NCBI GenBank assembly: GCA_963674705.1
Contig: OY771506.1
Span: forward strand, 5,152,001 to 5,216,000
Direction of reading: 5' to 3'
Length of the DNA stretch: 64,000 bases
From: Phycisphaeraceae bacterium
GTDB lineage: Bacteria > Planctomycetota > Phycisphaerae > Phycisphaerales > Phycisphaeraceae
How positions within the stretch are numbered: the stretch's first letter is position 1; each line of letters starts with the position of its first letter. Positions 1 to 10,443 of the stretch are shown here, one piece after another. The notes beneath the pieces are model-generated. The model was not told where the DNA came from and did not search any database. It saw nothing but the letters and a program-made list of their open reading frames with translations. Both the position numbers and the translations under genes were made by a program.

Positions 1-2081
1 GCAAGTTCGTACCACTTCGCCGCCTGTGCGAAGTCGACCGGTGCGCCTTTGCCGGTCTCGCAAACCGTTCCCATGCAGACCTGCGCATCGGCGATCCCTT
101 GCAGCGCCGCCTTGCGGATCCACTTCACGCCCTCTTCCAGGTCACGCGACCTGCCATCTCCCGAATAATAAACCTTGCCCAGATTGAGTTGCGATGCGGG
201 GTCGCCCTGTTCAGCAGCCATGCGGAACCATTTGATAGCCTCATCGACATCCTTGCGGACTTTCTTCCCGTTCGCATACAACACGCCCAACTCGGCCTGG
301 GCGGCGACATCCCCACTCTGGGCGGATTCGATCAGCAGTTCGACCGCTGCAACGGTGTCCTGCATCACGTCATCGCCGGTAAGCCCGATCATCGCGAGTT
401 TGGTTCCGGCTTCTGGGTGTCCTTGTTCTTTGGCTAGCCGATACCAACGCGCCGCCTCCTGTTGGTTCGCTGTAACGATTTGGCCATTGTGATATATCTC
501 GCCCAATATGAACTGGGCTTCCACCTTACCGGAGGTGGCGGCTTTGCGCAACCAGCGGATCCCTTCATTGACATCGCGCTCGACTCCGATACCTGCCAGG
601 TAAAACTTACCGAGCGATAGCTGAGATATCGCTAAACCTTGCCTAGCCGCTAGTTGGTAATATTCGACCGCTTTGGTCATGTCCGCTGGAACAGTGATAC
701 CTTTCATATACATGACCGCCAGATTGTGTTGAGCCGAGGCGTCGCCCTGCTCGGCAGCCAGGGTGTACCATTTGAAAGCTTGCTTATAGTCCTGCTTCGT
801 GCAATGGCCATTGTAAAAATGATCGCCCAAGATGGATTGCGATGGCGCGTAACCTCCCTCGGCGGCCAGCAGGTACAGGCGATGCGCTTCGGCTTCATCC
901 TTGGGAACGTCATGCCCGTTTGCATAAGCATTAGCCAGATTATTCTGAGCGATCGGATACCCCTGCGCCGCGGCCAACCGATACCACTTAAGCGCTTCGG
1001 CGTGGTCCTTTTTGATCCCCCAGCCCATGTGGTATCGGTAACCGAGGTTGTGCTGACCTTCCGCATCACCTAATTCCGCCGCCTTCCTGTACCAGTACAC
1101 GGCCCGTTCATCATCACGCTTGACACCTATACCCGTGCCGAACATCACACCTAAGCAATTCATCGCGACCGCGTCGCCTTGCTCCGCGGCACGCAGATAC
1201 CACTGCATTGCCTGCTGATTATCTACGGCAACACCGACACCTTCCTCGTACATCATCCCCATCTGTGTCTGGGCCTTGGCTAAGCCGTTCGTTGCTGCCA
1301 GTTGTATCCAGGTGAATGCGAGTGTTTCATTCTTCGGCACCCCTTCACCGTGCAGATACATGATCCCTAACATGTTCTGCGCTTCGGGCAACTGCTGGCC
1401 CGCAGCCAACTGGACCAGCCTCAACGCTTCGGCCAGGTCTTTGTCTACGCCCCGACCTTCGAGGTACAGCCTGCTTAACAGGTATTGCGCAACCGGGTCA
1501 TTCTGTTCTGCCGACAAGCGGAATAAACGCACCGCCTCGTCGTCGTCTTGCGGGACGCCCAGCCCTTGGAGATATAAGCCGCCCATCCGCACCAGTGCCG
1601 GGGGGTACTTCTGCTTGGCGGCCCGCTTCAACCAGGTGATCGCTTCAAGCGGGTCCGCTTCAACGCCCAAGCCCATCCAATACATCATGCCGAGCTGATA
1701 TTCCGCCTCGGCGTAGCCTTTCGCAGCCGCGAGTTTAAACCACTTGAGCGCCTCTTCATGATCCGCTTCACGCTCCCAGCCGCTGAAGTAGATCCAACCC
1801 ACAAAGAACTGGGCTTTAACGTCGTCCTTCTCGGCCGCGAGCTTCCAGTAACGCAGCGATTCATCAGAATCGGCCTTGACGCCGTCGCCGACCGAGTAGC
1901 GCACCGCCAGCGCTTTCATCGCCTCGACGTCACCCGCCTCGGCGCGCGTTTGTAGCTCTTCAGCCGAAGCTAACGCCAATGAACCTGTCGTGGAAGTATC
2001 TTGCGCGTGAACTACGATGCCGGGCAACAACAAGACAAGCAAAGCCCAACAACAAACCGTACGACAAAACCAATGAGACAT
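1..2081 (-). CDS. Sel1-like repeat protein with signal peptide (3' end outside window)
   Basis: Not in the ORF track because it runs off the window. GGAGG precedes the ATG at 2081. N-terminus reads MSHWFCRTVCCWALLVLLLPGIVVHAQ, followed by ~36-aa repeats such as EGVKWIRKAALQGIADAQVCMGTVCETGKGAPVDFAQAAKWYEL. The frame at both ends is consistent; roughly 18 repeats by length. Confidence 0.9.
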   Translation of the reverse strand, partial: MSHWFCRTVCCWALLVLLLPGIVVHAQDTSTTGSLALASAEELQTRAEAGDVEAMKALAVRYSVGDGVKADSDESLRYWKLAAEKDDVKAQFFVGWIYFSGWEREADHEEALKWFKLAAAKGYAEAEYQLGMMYWMGLGVEADPLEAITWLKRAAKQKYPPALVRMGGLYLQGLGVPQDDDEAVRLFRLSAEQNDPVAQYLLSRLYLEGRGVDKDLAEALRLVQLAAGQQLPEAQNMLGIMYLHGEGVPKNETLAFTWIQLAATNGLAKAQTQMGMMYEEGVGVAVDNQQAMQWYLRAAEQGDAVAMNCLGVMFGTGIGVKRDDERAVYWYRKAAELGDAEGQHNLGYRYHMGWGIKKDHAEALKWYRLAAAQGYPIAQNNLANAYANGHDVPKDEAEAHRLYLLAAEGGYAPSQSILGDHFYNGHCTKQDYKQAFKWYTLAAEQGDASAQHNLAVMYMKGITVPADMTKAVEYYQLAARQGLAISQLSLGKFYLAGIGVERDVNEGIRWLRKAATSGKVEAQFILGEIYHNGQIVTANQQEAARWYRLAKEQGHPEAGTKLAMIGLTGDDVMQDTVAAVELLIESAQSGDVAAQAELGVLYANGKKVRKDVDEAIKWFRMAAEQGDPASQLNLGKVYYSGDGRSRDLEEGVKWIRKAALQGIADAQVCMGTVCETGKGAPVDFAQAAKWYEL

Positions 2082-2235
2082 CACGGCCTCCCGGTGAAAA
2101 ATAACAACATACATCTATCATCTTGCATCCGGCCCGGGATCGCAAGCATAAAGAGGCAATAGAGGCTTTATAGCTATGTTATTGGACGCTGATGATATAC
2201 AGAAATATGAAAAACAGGACGTACACAGTACTGTA

Positions 2236-3252
2236 TCAATCTTCCGTCTTTTCCTTCCATATCACATCCGCGACGATCGGCAGGTGATCTGAAAGATCGC
2301 TCTGTTTCACTTCGAGCCGATCGATCTGCAAAAGTGAACCGACGAGTATCCAGTCGATCGTGCGGTGCGGCTGCCACGAGGGGAAGGTCGGTTCAAAGGT
2401 GTACTGTTCGTCTTCACCCGGTGCAGCGGAGAAGCTGCTGACTGTCATCAATGTGCTCACGCTCGTAACGCCGGTATCCGTTACCCGTGCCCCGGGCAAT
2501 CCTGGCAACGTCGCATTCAGATCACCCGCGATGATCGTTGGGATGTATGGATACTTCAGTGCCAAAACGACTTCCTTTACCGACCTCACACGAAAAGCTT
2601 CTTCACCGCGTGGCTCAAGATGTGCACCGACTACGCGGAACCGCGATCCGTCTTCACGTTCAATCACACACACCACCGCTCGTTTCTTACCACCCAGAAC
2701 CGTCTCCCAGCCGGCGAATCCCGTTAGATTGATCACCTCCGCTTCGACAATCGGATACCGACTTAACACCGCGTTACCGAACCGCAATGATACGAACGGC
2801 AACGACGCATCGATATTGACCTCCTCCGCGCGATACCGATAGCCCGCCGCCGTGGCGATTGTGTCTGCCTGATTCTCGTGCCCGCTCCAGATGCTGGAAA
2901 AATCCACCTCGTTCAGCACCACCACATCCGCATCCAACTCCCGCAACAGCTTCCCGATGTCATCAAGGCGTTGCCTGCGTTCAACCTTATCACTGAAGTT
3001 CGATCTGGCCGTCCCCCTGCCGTGCGCGATGTTGTACGCAGCGATACGAAGTGGCCGATCATGCTCGACCGTCAAAGTCATCGCGTTCTGCCCGGCATCC
3101 ACCACCTTGAGCGCCCGCCACGGACTGATCAACCTGACCACACCGTACCAACCAACCAGAAAGATAAACACAACGACACACAGCCGTAGCAGCAACCTGC
3201 CCCGCTTCGGTCGATGTATTTTCTCCGGATTGGCCCCTGAAGCGTCTGACAT
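2236..3252 (-). CDS. Endonuclease/exonuclease/phosphatase (EEP) family protein, N-terminal membrane anchor
   Basis: Motifs YNIAHG, LNEVD, GDLN, IDWI, SDHLP. Confidence 0.9.
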   Translation of the reverse strand: MSDASGANPEKIHRPKRGRLLLRLCVVVFIFLVGWYGVVRLISPWRALKVVDAGQNAMTLTVEHDRPLRIAAYNIAHGRGTARSNFSDKVERRQRLDDIGKLLRELDADVVVLNEVDFSSIWSGHENQADTIATAAGYRYRAEEVNIDASLPFVSLRFGNAVLSRYPIVEAEVINLTGFAGWETVLGGKKRAVVCVIEREDGSRFRVVGAHLEPRGEEAFRVRSVKEVVLALKYPYIPTIIAGDLNATLPGLPGARVTDTGVTSVSTLMTVSSFSAAPGEDEQYTFEPTFPSWQPHRTIDWILVGSLLQIDRLEVKQSDLSDHLPIVADVIWKEKTED

Positions 3253-3259
3253 ACAACAA

Positions 3260-4243
3260 TCAATCTTTCACAAAGTGTTCCAGCCGGTCGCCGTACTTCA
3301 TAAGAGTACCGTCGTTAGTACTGGTCGCATGGAAGTTATCCCACAACTTGTAGAACCACTGCGAACCGTTTGGTGGCGGCTCCATTACACCCAATTGGGA
3401 TGGATCTTCCATGTATGTAGCCAACAGTTTCGCGTTCTCCGAATTCTCCGTCGTATCTATTAAGTGCTTCATATACGTCTTGAACGCATCGGGATTTGAT
3501 CTTACGCGCATAATTAATAAAGCGGTCGACATGGCCTCATCAAACTCTCCATTGAGATTTGCTTCGATATAGCCCCGGATCCAGTCGGCCGCCTGCTTGT
3601 TATCGAAAGCCGAGATCGCACACAGGATGTCTTCCCGCATCTCTTCGTGTTGAGTCAGCCGCAGAATCGGCTGGAGTTTCTCAATCATGGCATCTGACTG
3701 TTTTGCCGCTGCGATCAGGCAGAGCGTGTGTACGTGGATCGGCCTGACATGTGCATCCTTGGCGACGTTCGGATCTGACAATTCAATCAGCGTCGGCTGC
3801 GCCGCCTCCCAGTTCAGTATCGCGGCAAGCATCAGTGCATCGGCCGAGACTAATGCATCCTTACCGAGATTCTCCTTAGCCATCACCAGTAGTTCAGAAA
3901 CATCCGTATCCGAATCCAACGACTGCATCGCCTCCAGGTATTGCTTTTTGTGCCAGTGAAATATGTCGAGATAACTTCGTTCAGCGTGGACATGCACAAA
4001 ACCCACAAACGCCAGCCAGTGCTGCTCCGTGATCACACGGAAACGCTTGACCTTTTCGGGTAAATCCAGATCTGCATCCACCCATAATGCCTGAACCTCG
4101 TCCGCCAGCACGGGTTCTTGCTGCTTTACCTCTTCGGTTCCAAATCCTTCTTCTGTGGCCGCGCCTCGCGCATCGAACGGAGCATACAGGATTACCACAA
4201 CAACCAGTAATAACCAACGATTCAATTTGCATTCCCGAAACAT
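3260..4243 (-). CDS. Hypothetical secreted alpha-helical (HEAT-like) protein
   Basis: 327-aa ORF, signal-peptide-like N-terminus, 7 nt from the EEP gene. Confidence 0.7.
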   Translation of the reverse strand: MFRECKLNRWLLLVVVVILYAPFDARGAATEEGFGTEEVKQQEPVLADEVQALWVDADLDLPEKVKRFRVITEQHWLAFVGFVHVHAERSYLDIFHWHKKQYLEAMQSLDSDTDVSELLVMAKENLGKDALVSADALMLAAILNWEAAQPTLIELSDPNVAKDAHVRPIHVHTLCLIAAAKQSDAMIEKLQPILRLTQHEEMREDILCAISAFDNKQAADWIRGYIEANLNGEFDEAMSTALLIMRVRSNPDAFKTYMKHLIDTTENSENAKLLATYMEDPSQLGVMEPPPNGSQWFYKLWDNFHATSTNDGTLMKYGDRLEHFVKD

Positions 4244-4304
4244 CGATGTGCTCCCGAAGTGTGTTGGCCTGTATTCTTACCGCTAAAGGGCTGAATTACA
4301 AGCC

Positions 4305-4336
4305 AAAATAAAAACACCCGCCAAAACAGCGGGTGT
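4305..4336 (-). terminator. Rho-independent terminator of ugd
   Basis: ACACCCGC/GCGGGTGT stem followed by a T-tract on the minus strand. Confidence 0.75.
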
Positions 4337-4361
4337 CATCAAGTAGATGTCTAATTTGCGA

Positions 4362-5738
4362 TCAGCTTTGCGTTACTGTCCCCGGGATAACCGCATGCCT
4401 TCCGACGCTGTGATACACGAAGCCCATTTCCTGCATCATCTCGGGACGGTACAGGTTTCGGCCATCGAAAATGACCGGGTTCTTGAGCTTCTGCTTGATC
4501 TCATCAAAGTCGGGGAATTTGAACTCATCCCAGTCCGTGCAGATCACAAGTGCGTCCGCTCCGTTCAGTGCGTCCATCGCATCGGTCACATAGCTGACCT
4601 TGTCTGCCAGCACTTCCTTGCAGGTTTCCTCAGCCACGGGATCGTACGCAACAACTTCCGCGCCACGATCCATGAAGTGGCGCATCAGTGTGATCGACGG
4701 CGCTTCACGCACGTCGTCTGTCCCGGGCTTAAAGGCGATGCCCCAGACAGCGATCTTCTTGCCGTTCAATCCGCCGGCCTCAGCAAAGTGCTTATCGAGT
4801 TTGGACATGAATGCGTCGCGCTGCGCCTGGTTGACCTGGTGCACCGCTTCGAGCAGCTTCGCCGGCGTATCGCTCAGCTCACCCATCGAGATGCACGCGA
4901 GCACATCCTTCGGGAAGCACGACCCGCCGTAGCCCAATCCCGGATAGAGGAACTGGTTGCCGATGCGCCTGTCCGAGCACATCCCGCGACGCACTTCATC
5001 CACATCCGCCCCGTATGATTCACACAGATTGGCGATCTCATTGATGAACGAGATCTTCGTCGCAAGCATCGCGTTCGAGGCGTACTTGACCATCTCGGCG
5101 CTTGGGATATCCATGATGAAGATCGGGTTGCCCTGGCGTACGAAAGGTTCGTACAGGTCGCGCATCCGATCGCCCGTGCCCTTGTCGTTGGCGCCGATGA
5201 CGACACGGTCGGGCTTGTTGAAGTCGTTGATCGCGGCGCCTTCCTTGAGGAACTCAGGGTTCGACGCCATATGGAAAGGCTTGCTCGTCTTCGATGCGAT
5301 CTCGGCCTGGACTTTCTGATTGGTCCCCACCGGCACGGTCGACTTGACCACGACAATCTTGGCCCGACGTTCATCGGCATCACCACCGGTAGTACCCGGC
5401 GCGGCCTCGATCGCGTTGCCGATGTCTGACGCAGCGCTCAACACGTACTTCAGGTCGGCGTGGCCCTTCTCGTCGCTGGGTGTGCCGACGCAGATGAAGA
5501 TGATTTCGGCCGACTGGTAGGCCTTGACCTTATCGGTCGTGAAAGTCAGGCGGCCGGCGGTGGCGTTGCGCCGGATCATTTCGTCCAGCCCCGGCTCGTA
5601 GATCGGACTGATCCCCTTGTTCAGCTTGTCGATCTTGGTTTGATCTACGTCCAGGCAGACCACGTCATTACCCGTATTGGCCAGGCAGGTTCCTGTAACC
5701 AGCCCGACGTAGCCTGTACCGACCATCGTGATACGCAT
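4362..5738 (-). CDS. ugd: UDP-glucose 6-dehydrogenase
   Basis: GTGYVG Rossmann motif, CVGTP, KSTVP, NPEFLKEG, GYGGSCFPKD. Confidence 0.95.
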   Translation of the reverse strand: MRITMVGTGYVGLVTGTCLANTGNDVVCLDVDQTKIDKLNKGISPIYEPGLDEMIRRNATAGRLTFTTDKVKAYQSAEIIFICVGTPSDEKGHADLKYVLSAASDIGNAIEAAPGTTGGDADERRAKIVVVKSTVPVGTNQKVQAEIASKTSKPFHMASNPEFLKEGAAINDFNKPDRVVIGANDKGTGDRMRDLYEPFVRQGNPIFIMDIPSAEMVKYASNAMLATKISFINEIANLCESYGADVDEVRRGMCSDRRIGNQFLYPGLGYGGSCFPKDVLACISMGELSDTPAKLLEAVHQVNQAQRDAFMSKLDKHFAEAGGLNGKKIAVWGIAFKPGTDDVREAPSITLMRHFMDRGAEVVAYDPVAEETCKEVLADKVSYVTDAMDALNGADALVICTDWDEFKFPDFDEIKQKLKNPVIFDGRNLYRPEMMQEMGFVYHSVGRHAVIPGTVTQS

Positions 5739-6028
5739 CTGTATACCTTCTCGTTATCTGGGTTTAAGGCTGACCCATTCTGCAAGATCGGCCTGGAAAA
5801 ATAATTATCGTCATGTTTCCGGCGGGAGTATACCCCGATCCGCACCCCCTGTCCCACAAATCAAGGCCCGCTTCCCCCTGAACTTCGCAGGATAACACAC
5901 ATAATTACGCCCGATAGCCCAAGTGAGTTTGAATATGTTGTGAGTGGATCACTATAGTGTCCGACCCAGAGCCTATTGTAGTAACAAGATAAACAAAAGA
6001 CTTTTAAAACCTAACAGGCGGGCGCCCA

Positions 6029-7666
6029 ATGTCAGCACGTGTGAACAAAGCCGAAGAAGTGAAACAAGCCAAGGACGGTTTCGACGTCCTCCAGGACATC
6101 CTACGCTACGCCGAGCAAGGCGATTACAGCGCGATCGCAGAGGACGACCTGTCCGTCCGCTTCAAGTGGTTCGGCGCTTATCGTCAGAAACCCAACACCG
6201 GACACTTCATGTTGCGTATCAAGGTGCCCGGCGGCCAACTGTCGCCCCACCAGCTCAAAACGATCTCCCAGATTGCAGATAAATACGCCCGCGGCTTCGG
6301 CGACATCACCACACGCCAGACCATCCAGATGCACTGGCTTACCATCGCGGACCTCAAGCCGATCTTCCAGACGCTATGGGACATCGGCATGACGACGCAG
6401 TTCGCCTGCGGCGACGCTCCGCGTAACGTCGTCGGTTGCCCGCTTGCCGGTGTGCTCGAAGACGAGATCATCGATTCGTCCGAGCACGCCCGCGCGATCA
6501 ATCAGCACTTTATCGACACCGGCCGCGAGTTCTCGAACCTGCCGCGCAAGTTCAAGCCTTCCATCGGCGGTTGCCGGCTGCACTGCCATCAACCGCAGAT
6601 CAACTGCTACGGGCTTTACGGCGTGAAGCGCCCGAACGGTGATGTGGGTTACGGCCTGGTCGTCGGCGGCGGCTTATCTTCAACGCCTCACTTCGCACAG
6701 GCCCTGCGTGTCTTTGTGAAGCCTGAACAAGTGGTCGATGTTTCCAACGCGATCGCCACCGTCTTCCGAGACCAGGGCTACCGTGAAAAACGCACACGTG
6801 CTCGCTTGAAGTTCCTCGTTGCCGACAAGGGTTGGCAGTGGATGCGCGACGAGATCGAGAAGGTACTCGGATATAAACTCGAACATGATGACACGCTGCG
6901 CAATCCCCCCGCGGTGCATTCCGATCACATCGGCAAAGGCAAGCAGAAGGACGGCAACTACTACGTCGGCGTGCCGATCAGCCGCGGCCGATGGACCGCA
7001 CGCAACATGGCCGACATCGCCGACCTGGCTGAGAAGTACGGCACGGGTGACAAGCGTATCCGCACCACCGGTAAGCAGAACGTCATCCTGCTGGATATCC
7101 CCGAAGCCCATGTCGCAGCGCTCGAAAAAGAGCTTGCCGACAAGGGCCTGCCCACCAACACGCACTCCCTGCGCGGCAGCCTGATCTCCTGCACGGGTAG
7201 CGAGTTCTGTAACCTCGCCGTCGTCGAAACCAAGAACCGTGCAGGCCGGGTGCTTCAGTGGCTCGAACAGAACGTCGAGGTCGACTTCCCCCTGTTCATC
7301 AGCTTCACCGGTTGCCCCAATGCCTGCGCTCAGTACCAGATCGCCGACATCGGCCTGACCGGCATCCCCTACGTCCTCAAGGATGAAAAGGACGAGGACG
7401 GCAAGCCCAAGAAGATCGACGGCTACAAGGTCCTGCTCGGCGCCGGGCTGGGTATCGAGCCGAAGTTCAACGAGCTGATCGCCAAGAAGGTCCCGGGTGA
7501 TCTGATTCACCTGTCGATCAAGAGCCTGATCGAGACCTTCAAAACCGAGCGTGTCGACGAGGAAGACACCTTCCAGAGCTGGGTGACACGAAGCGACCCG
7601 GAGTACCTCCAGAAGCTGATCCTCGAGCCAACCGAAGCTGAGGGTGCCGTGATGTTGACTGCATAA
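6029..7666 (+). CDS. Ferredoxin-dependent nitrite/sulfite reductase hemoprotein (Sir/NirA family)
   Basis: MLRIKVPGG, TTRQTIQ, LPRKFK, siroheme/4Fe-4S ligands CTGSEFC and GCPNAC. Confidence 0.92.
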   Translation: MSARVNKAEEVKQAKDGFDVLQDILRYAEQGDYSAIAEDDLSVRFKWFGAYRQKPNTGHFMLRIKVPGGQLSPHQLKTISQIADKYARGFGDITTRQTIQMHWLTIADLKPIFQTLWDIGMTTQFACGDAPRNVVGCPLAGVLEDEIIDSSEHARAINQHFIDTGREFSNLPRKFKPSIGGCRLHCHQPQINCYGLYGVKRPNGDVGYGLVVGGGLSSTPHFAQALRVFVKPEQVVDVSNAIATVFRDQGYREKRTRARLKFLVADKGWQWMRDEIEKVLGYKLEHDDTLRNPPAVHSDHIGKGKQKDGNYYVGVPISRGRWTARNMADIADLAEKYGTGDKRIRTTGKQNVILLDIPEAHVAALEKELADKGLPTNTHSLRGSLISCTGSEFCNLAVVETKNRAGRVLQWLEQNVEVDFPLFISFTGCPNACAQYQIADIGLTGIPYVLKDEKDEDGKPKKIDGYKVLLGAGLGIEPKFNELIAKKVPGDLIHLSIKSLIETFKTERVDEEDTFQSWVTRSDPEYLQKLILEPTEAEGAVMLTA

Positions 7667-7930
7667 AAAGCCGCACCCGTGCTTAGCGTTGTTACATCAA
7701 ATTTTCATTTACTTATATAGATGGCTTGCGTAAACAACCATTGTTATACGTGCATCCCATCAGAATCACGCCGCAACACGCACCAAACTCCTTTAAAAAA
7801 TGGACTTATAATATAAAATCGCAATGGTTGTTCTGGGATCGCGATATTCCAGGCCTATACCATATCTATTCACCCTAAGTTGTCTTGTTTTACATATTTA
7901 GGACTTATTTAGAAATGTTATGAATTTCGT

Positions 7931-7959
7931 TTGACTTTCCGGGAATCGCTCTCTAATCT
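7931..7959 (+). promoter_or_regulatory. Sigma70-like promoter of the PEP-CTERM gene
   Basis: TTGACT-17nt-TAATCT in an AT-rich intergenic region. Confidence 0.55.
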
Positions 7960-8027
7960 AGTTTATATAATAGGTTTACAGCCTGTTTTAGAATTATGTT
8001 ATGCATTCAACAAATGGAGGAGAGAAA

Positions 8028-8606
8028 GTGAAAGCCCGTCATCTGTTATCAGTAATTGCTTGCCTGGGTCTCACTGCCGGGGCCGCATCCGCCAGCACCC
8101 TCACGCTCAGCATTCCGGATATCACCGGATTCGCGCAGATCAGCGCTTCTGATGCCGCTACTATCACCGTGAACAACGGCATCATCCCCGCCGGTACAGC
8201 GGTTACCTTCACCACCATCTTCGTCCCCCCGCAGACGGGTGTTCAGTCAGCAGACGTCGGCCTGACCGGCATGGGCGTCGCGTTCGCTGCTGGTGACGAT
8301 CTCAGCCTCGAACTCAAGAACACCAACGAGAACCCCTGGACGTTCCAACTCGTCGCAGTGACCGACCAAGGCACCTTCTCCTCGCTGCCCCAAACGCTCG
8401 CACCCGACGTGGCCAGTTCCTTCAGCGTCGACCTCGGCGCCGCGGCAGGCACCATCAGCTCCGCCTACTTCGTCGTCAGTGGCGACGTCCCGCATCCGGA
8501 CGGCGACCGCACCCCTGAATACGAAATCGCCCCCATCCCCGAGCCCGCCTCCCTCGCGCTGCTCGGTCTGGGCGCCGCCTGCCTGGCAAACCGCCGCAGG
8601 AAGTAA
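8028..8606 (+). CDS. Small PEP-CTERM sorting-domain protein
   Basis: GTG start after GGAGG, signal peptide, C-terminal IPEPASLALLGLGAACLANRRRK. Confidence 0.9.
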   Translation: MKARHLLSVIACLGLTAGAASASTLTLSIPDITGFAQISASDAATITVNNGIIPAGTAVTFTTIFVPPQTGVQSADVGLTGMGVAFAAGDDLSLELKNTNENPWTFQLVAVTDQGTFSSLPQTLAPDVASSFSVDLGAAAGTISSAYFVVSGDVPHPDGDRTPEYEIAPIPEPASLALLGLGAACLANRRRK

Positions 8607-8644
8607 AAACGCATAACAGACCTTTCCGGGGACAAGCTAACAGG

Positions 8645-8676
8645 CCGGCGTGCTTTTAACAGCACGCCGGTTTTTT
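8645..8676 (+). terminator. Rho-independent terminator
   Basis: CCGGCGTGCT/AGCACGCCGG stem + T6. Confidence 0.85.
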
Positions 8677-8766
8677 ATGCCTGTGATGTATGCAGCATCG
8701 GATCTTTGCGATATCCTGCATCGTCTGTTTGTTCGTATACCGGGAACAATCCTGGAGCCGTAAAGC

Positions 8767-9348
8767 TTGACCGCCATCGAAGCCATCGCGACCGTGGCCG
8801 GACTCATCTGTGTACTGCTGACCATACGCCAGAACATCTGGTGCTGGCCCGTCGGGCTATTGATGGTCGTGCTGTACATCTACATCTTCTATCAGGCCCG
8901 GCTCTATTCTGATATGGGCCTGCAAGTCATATATGTCTTCCTACAGTTCTACGGCTGGTACCAATGGCTGCACGGCGGTAAGGACCACAGCAAACTGAAC
9001 GTCCGAAGGATATCACCGCCAATGGGCATCGCATGGATCATTACAGGCATTGCCGGCACCTTTGTGCTCGGTTACGTCATGGCACGATACACCGACGCCA
9101 GCCTGCCCTATTGGGACGCCGCCACCACCGTCCTCAGTCTGATCGCGCAGTACCTCATGGCCAAAAAACTGCTTGAAAGCTGGGCGTTCTGGATCGTTGT
9201 CGACGTGATGGCGGTCGGAATCTATCTGGCAAAATCCCTCTACCTGACTTCCGGTCTGTATGCTGTATTCCTCGGTCTGGCGATCACAGGATTCTTCGCG
9301 TGGCACAAGAGCATGAAACAACCAGAGCCCGAGGCGGCAGCGGCCTGA
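8767..9348 (+). CDS. pnuC: Nicotinamide riboside transporter PnuC
   Basis: Multi-TM protein, NIWCWPVG, YGWYQW, DAATTVLSLIAQYLMAKKLLESW; adjacent to nadR. Confidence 0.92.
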   Translation: MTAIEAIATVAGLICVLLTIRQNIWCWPVGLLMVVLYIYIFYQARLYSDMGLQVIYVFLQFYGWYQWLHGGKDHSKLNVRRISPPMGIAWIITGIAGTFVLGYVMARYTDASLPYWDAATTVLSLIAQYLMAKKLLESWAFWIVVDVMAVGIYLAKSLYLTSGLYAVFLGLAITGFFAWHKSMKQPEPEAAAA

Positions 9349-10337
9349 TCCTCGGCAAGTTCATGCCGCCACACCGCGGCCACCTCTTCCTTGTCGACTT
9401 CGCACGTCACTATGTCGACAAACTCACGGTCCTGGTCTGCTCAATCGAACGTGAACCTATACCGGGCGAATTACGTTACCAGTGGATGTGGCAGCTATGC
9501 CCTTATGACAACGTCGAACTCATCCACATCACAGACGAATTGCCGCAGGAGCCCGAAGAACACCTCGACTTCTGGCAACTCTGGCACGACACCATACGAC
9601 GCACCATCCCGACCGGCCCCGACTACGTCTTTGCCTCCGAAGACTACGGCTGGAAGCTTGCTGAGGTACTAAGCTCAAAGTACATCCCCGTCGATCACGC
9701 AAGACAGATCGTTCCCGTCTCCGGCACAATGATCCGAAACGACCCGATGCGCTACTGGGAAGCAATGCCCGAATGCGTCCGCCCCTACTTCCTCAAACGC
9801 GTCTGCATCTTCGGCCCGGAATCAACCGGCAAAAGCACACTCACCCAACAGCTTGCACAGCACTTCAATACCGCTTACGCGTGGGAGTACGCCCGCCCCC
9901 TGCTCAACTTCAACAACGGCGCATGCACACCCGAGCACATCCCACAAATCGTACGTGGGCAGATCGCCACCGAAGAATCGCTTGCCACGCAAGCCAACCG
10001 TGTGCTCTTTTGCGATACGGACGTACTCACGACCACTATCTGGAGCGACATCCTCTTCGGCAACTGCCCGCAATGGATTATCGATGAAGCCGATCGGCGA
10101 ACCTACGACCTCACATTATTGCTCGACATCGACGTTCCCTGGGTAGACGACAACCAACGCTTCTTCAAAGAAAACGAACAACGGCAAGCTTTCTTCGAAA
10201 GGTGCAGACAGGCACTGGAAACCCGTGGTCGTCCTTACGTCATGATCCACGGGGATTGGAACGAGCGCAAGAAACAAGCGATCCAAGCGGTCGAGTCACT
10301 TATCGCAAATGCCAATACTCACACAACCGGGCGTTAA
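9300..10337 (+). CDS. nadR: Bifunctional NMN adenylyltransferase / ribosylnicotinamide kinase (NadR without HTH)
   Basis: GKFMPPHRGH (HxGH), SGTMIR, Walker A GPESTGKS, CDTD, PWVDD. Confidence 0.9.
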   Translation: MAQEHETTRARGGSGLILGKFMPPHRGHLFLVDFARHYVDKLTVLVCSIEREPIPGELRYQWMWQLCPYDNVELIHITDELPQEPEEHLDFWQLWHDTIRRTIPTGPDYVFASEDYGWKLAEVLSSKYIPVDHARQIVPVSGTMIRNDPMRYWEAMPECVRPYFLKRVCIFGPESTGKSTLTQQLAQHFNTAYAWEYARPLLNFNNGACTPEHIPQIVRGQIATEESLATQANRVLFCDTDVLTTTIWSDILFGNCPQWIIDEADRRTYDLTLLLDIDVPWVDDNQRFFKENEQRQAFFERCRQALETRGRPYVMIHGDWNERKKQAIQAVESLIANANTHTTGR

Positions 10338-10443
10338 CCTTGTTAACCCATAAAAAGAACCACTTTCTTGCACAAGAAAGGCGTGAAATCAAACCACAGC
10401 AGCCTATGATAAGGATAAACGCCTACTGACTTGGAGAAGTGTC

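Noticed and set aside
8677..8766. Possible NAD+/NMN riboswitch upstream of pnuC
   Set aside because: Only a weak ATGCAG/CTGCAT hairpin is visible and I cannot match it to a known aptamer; an Infernal/Rfam search would be needed.
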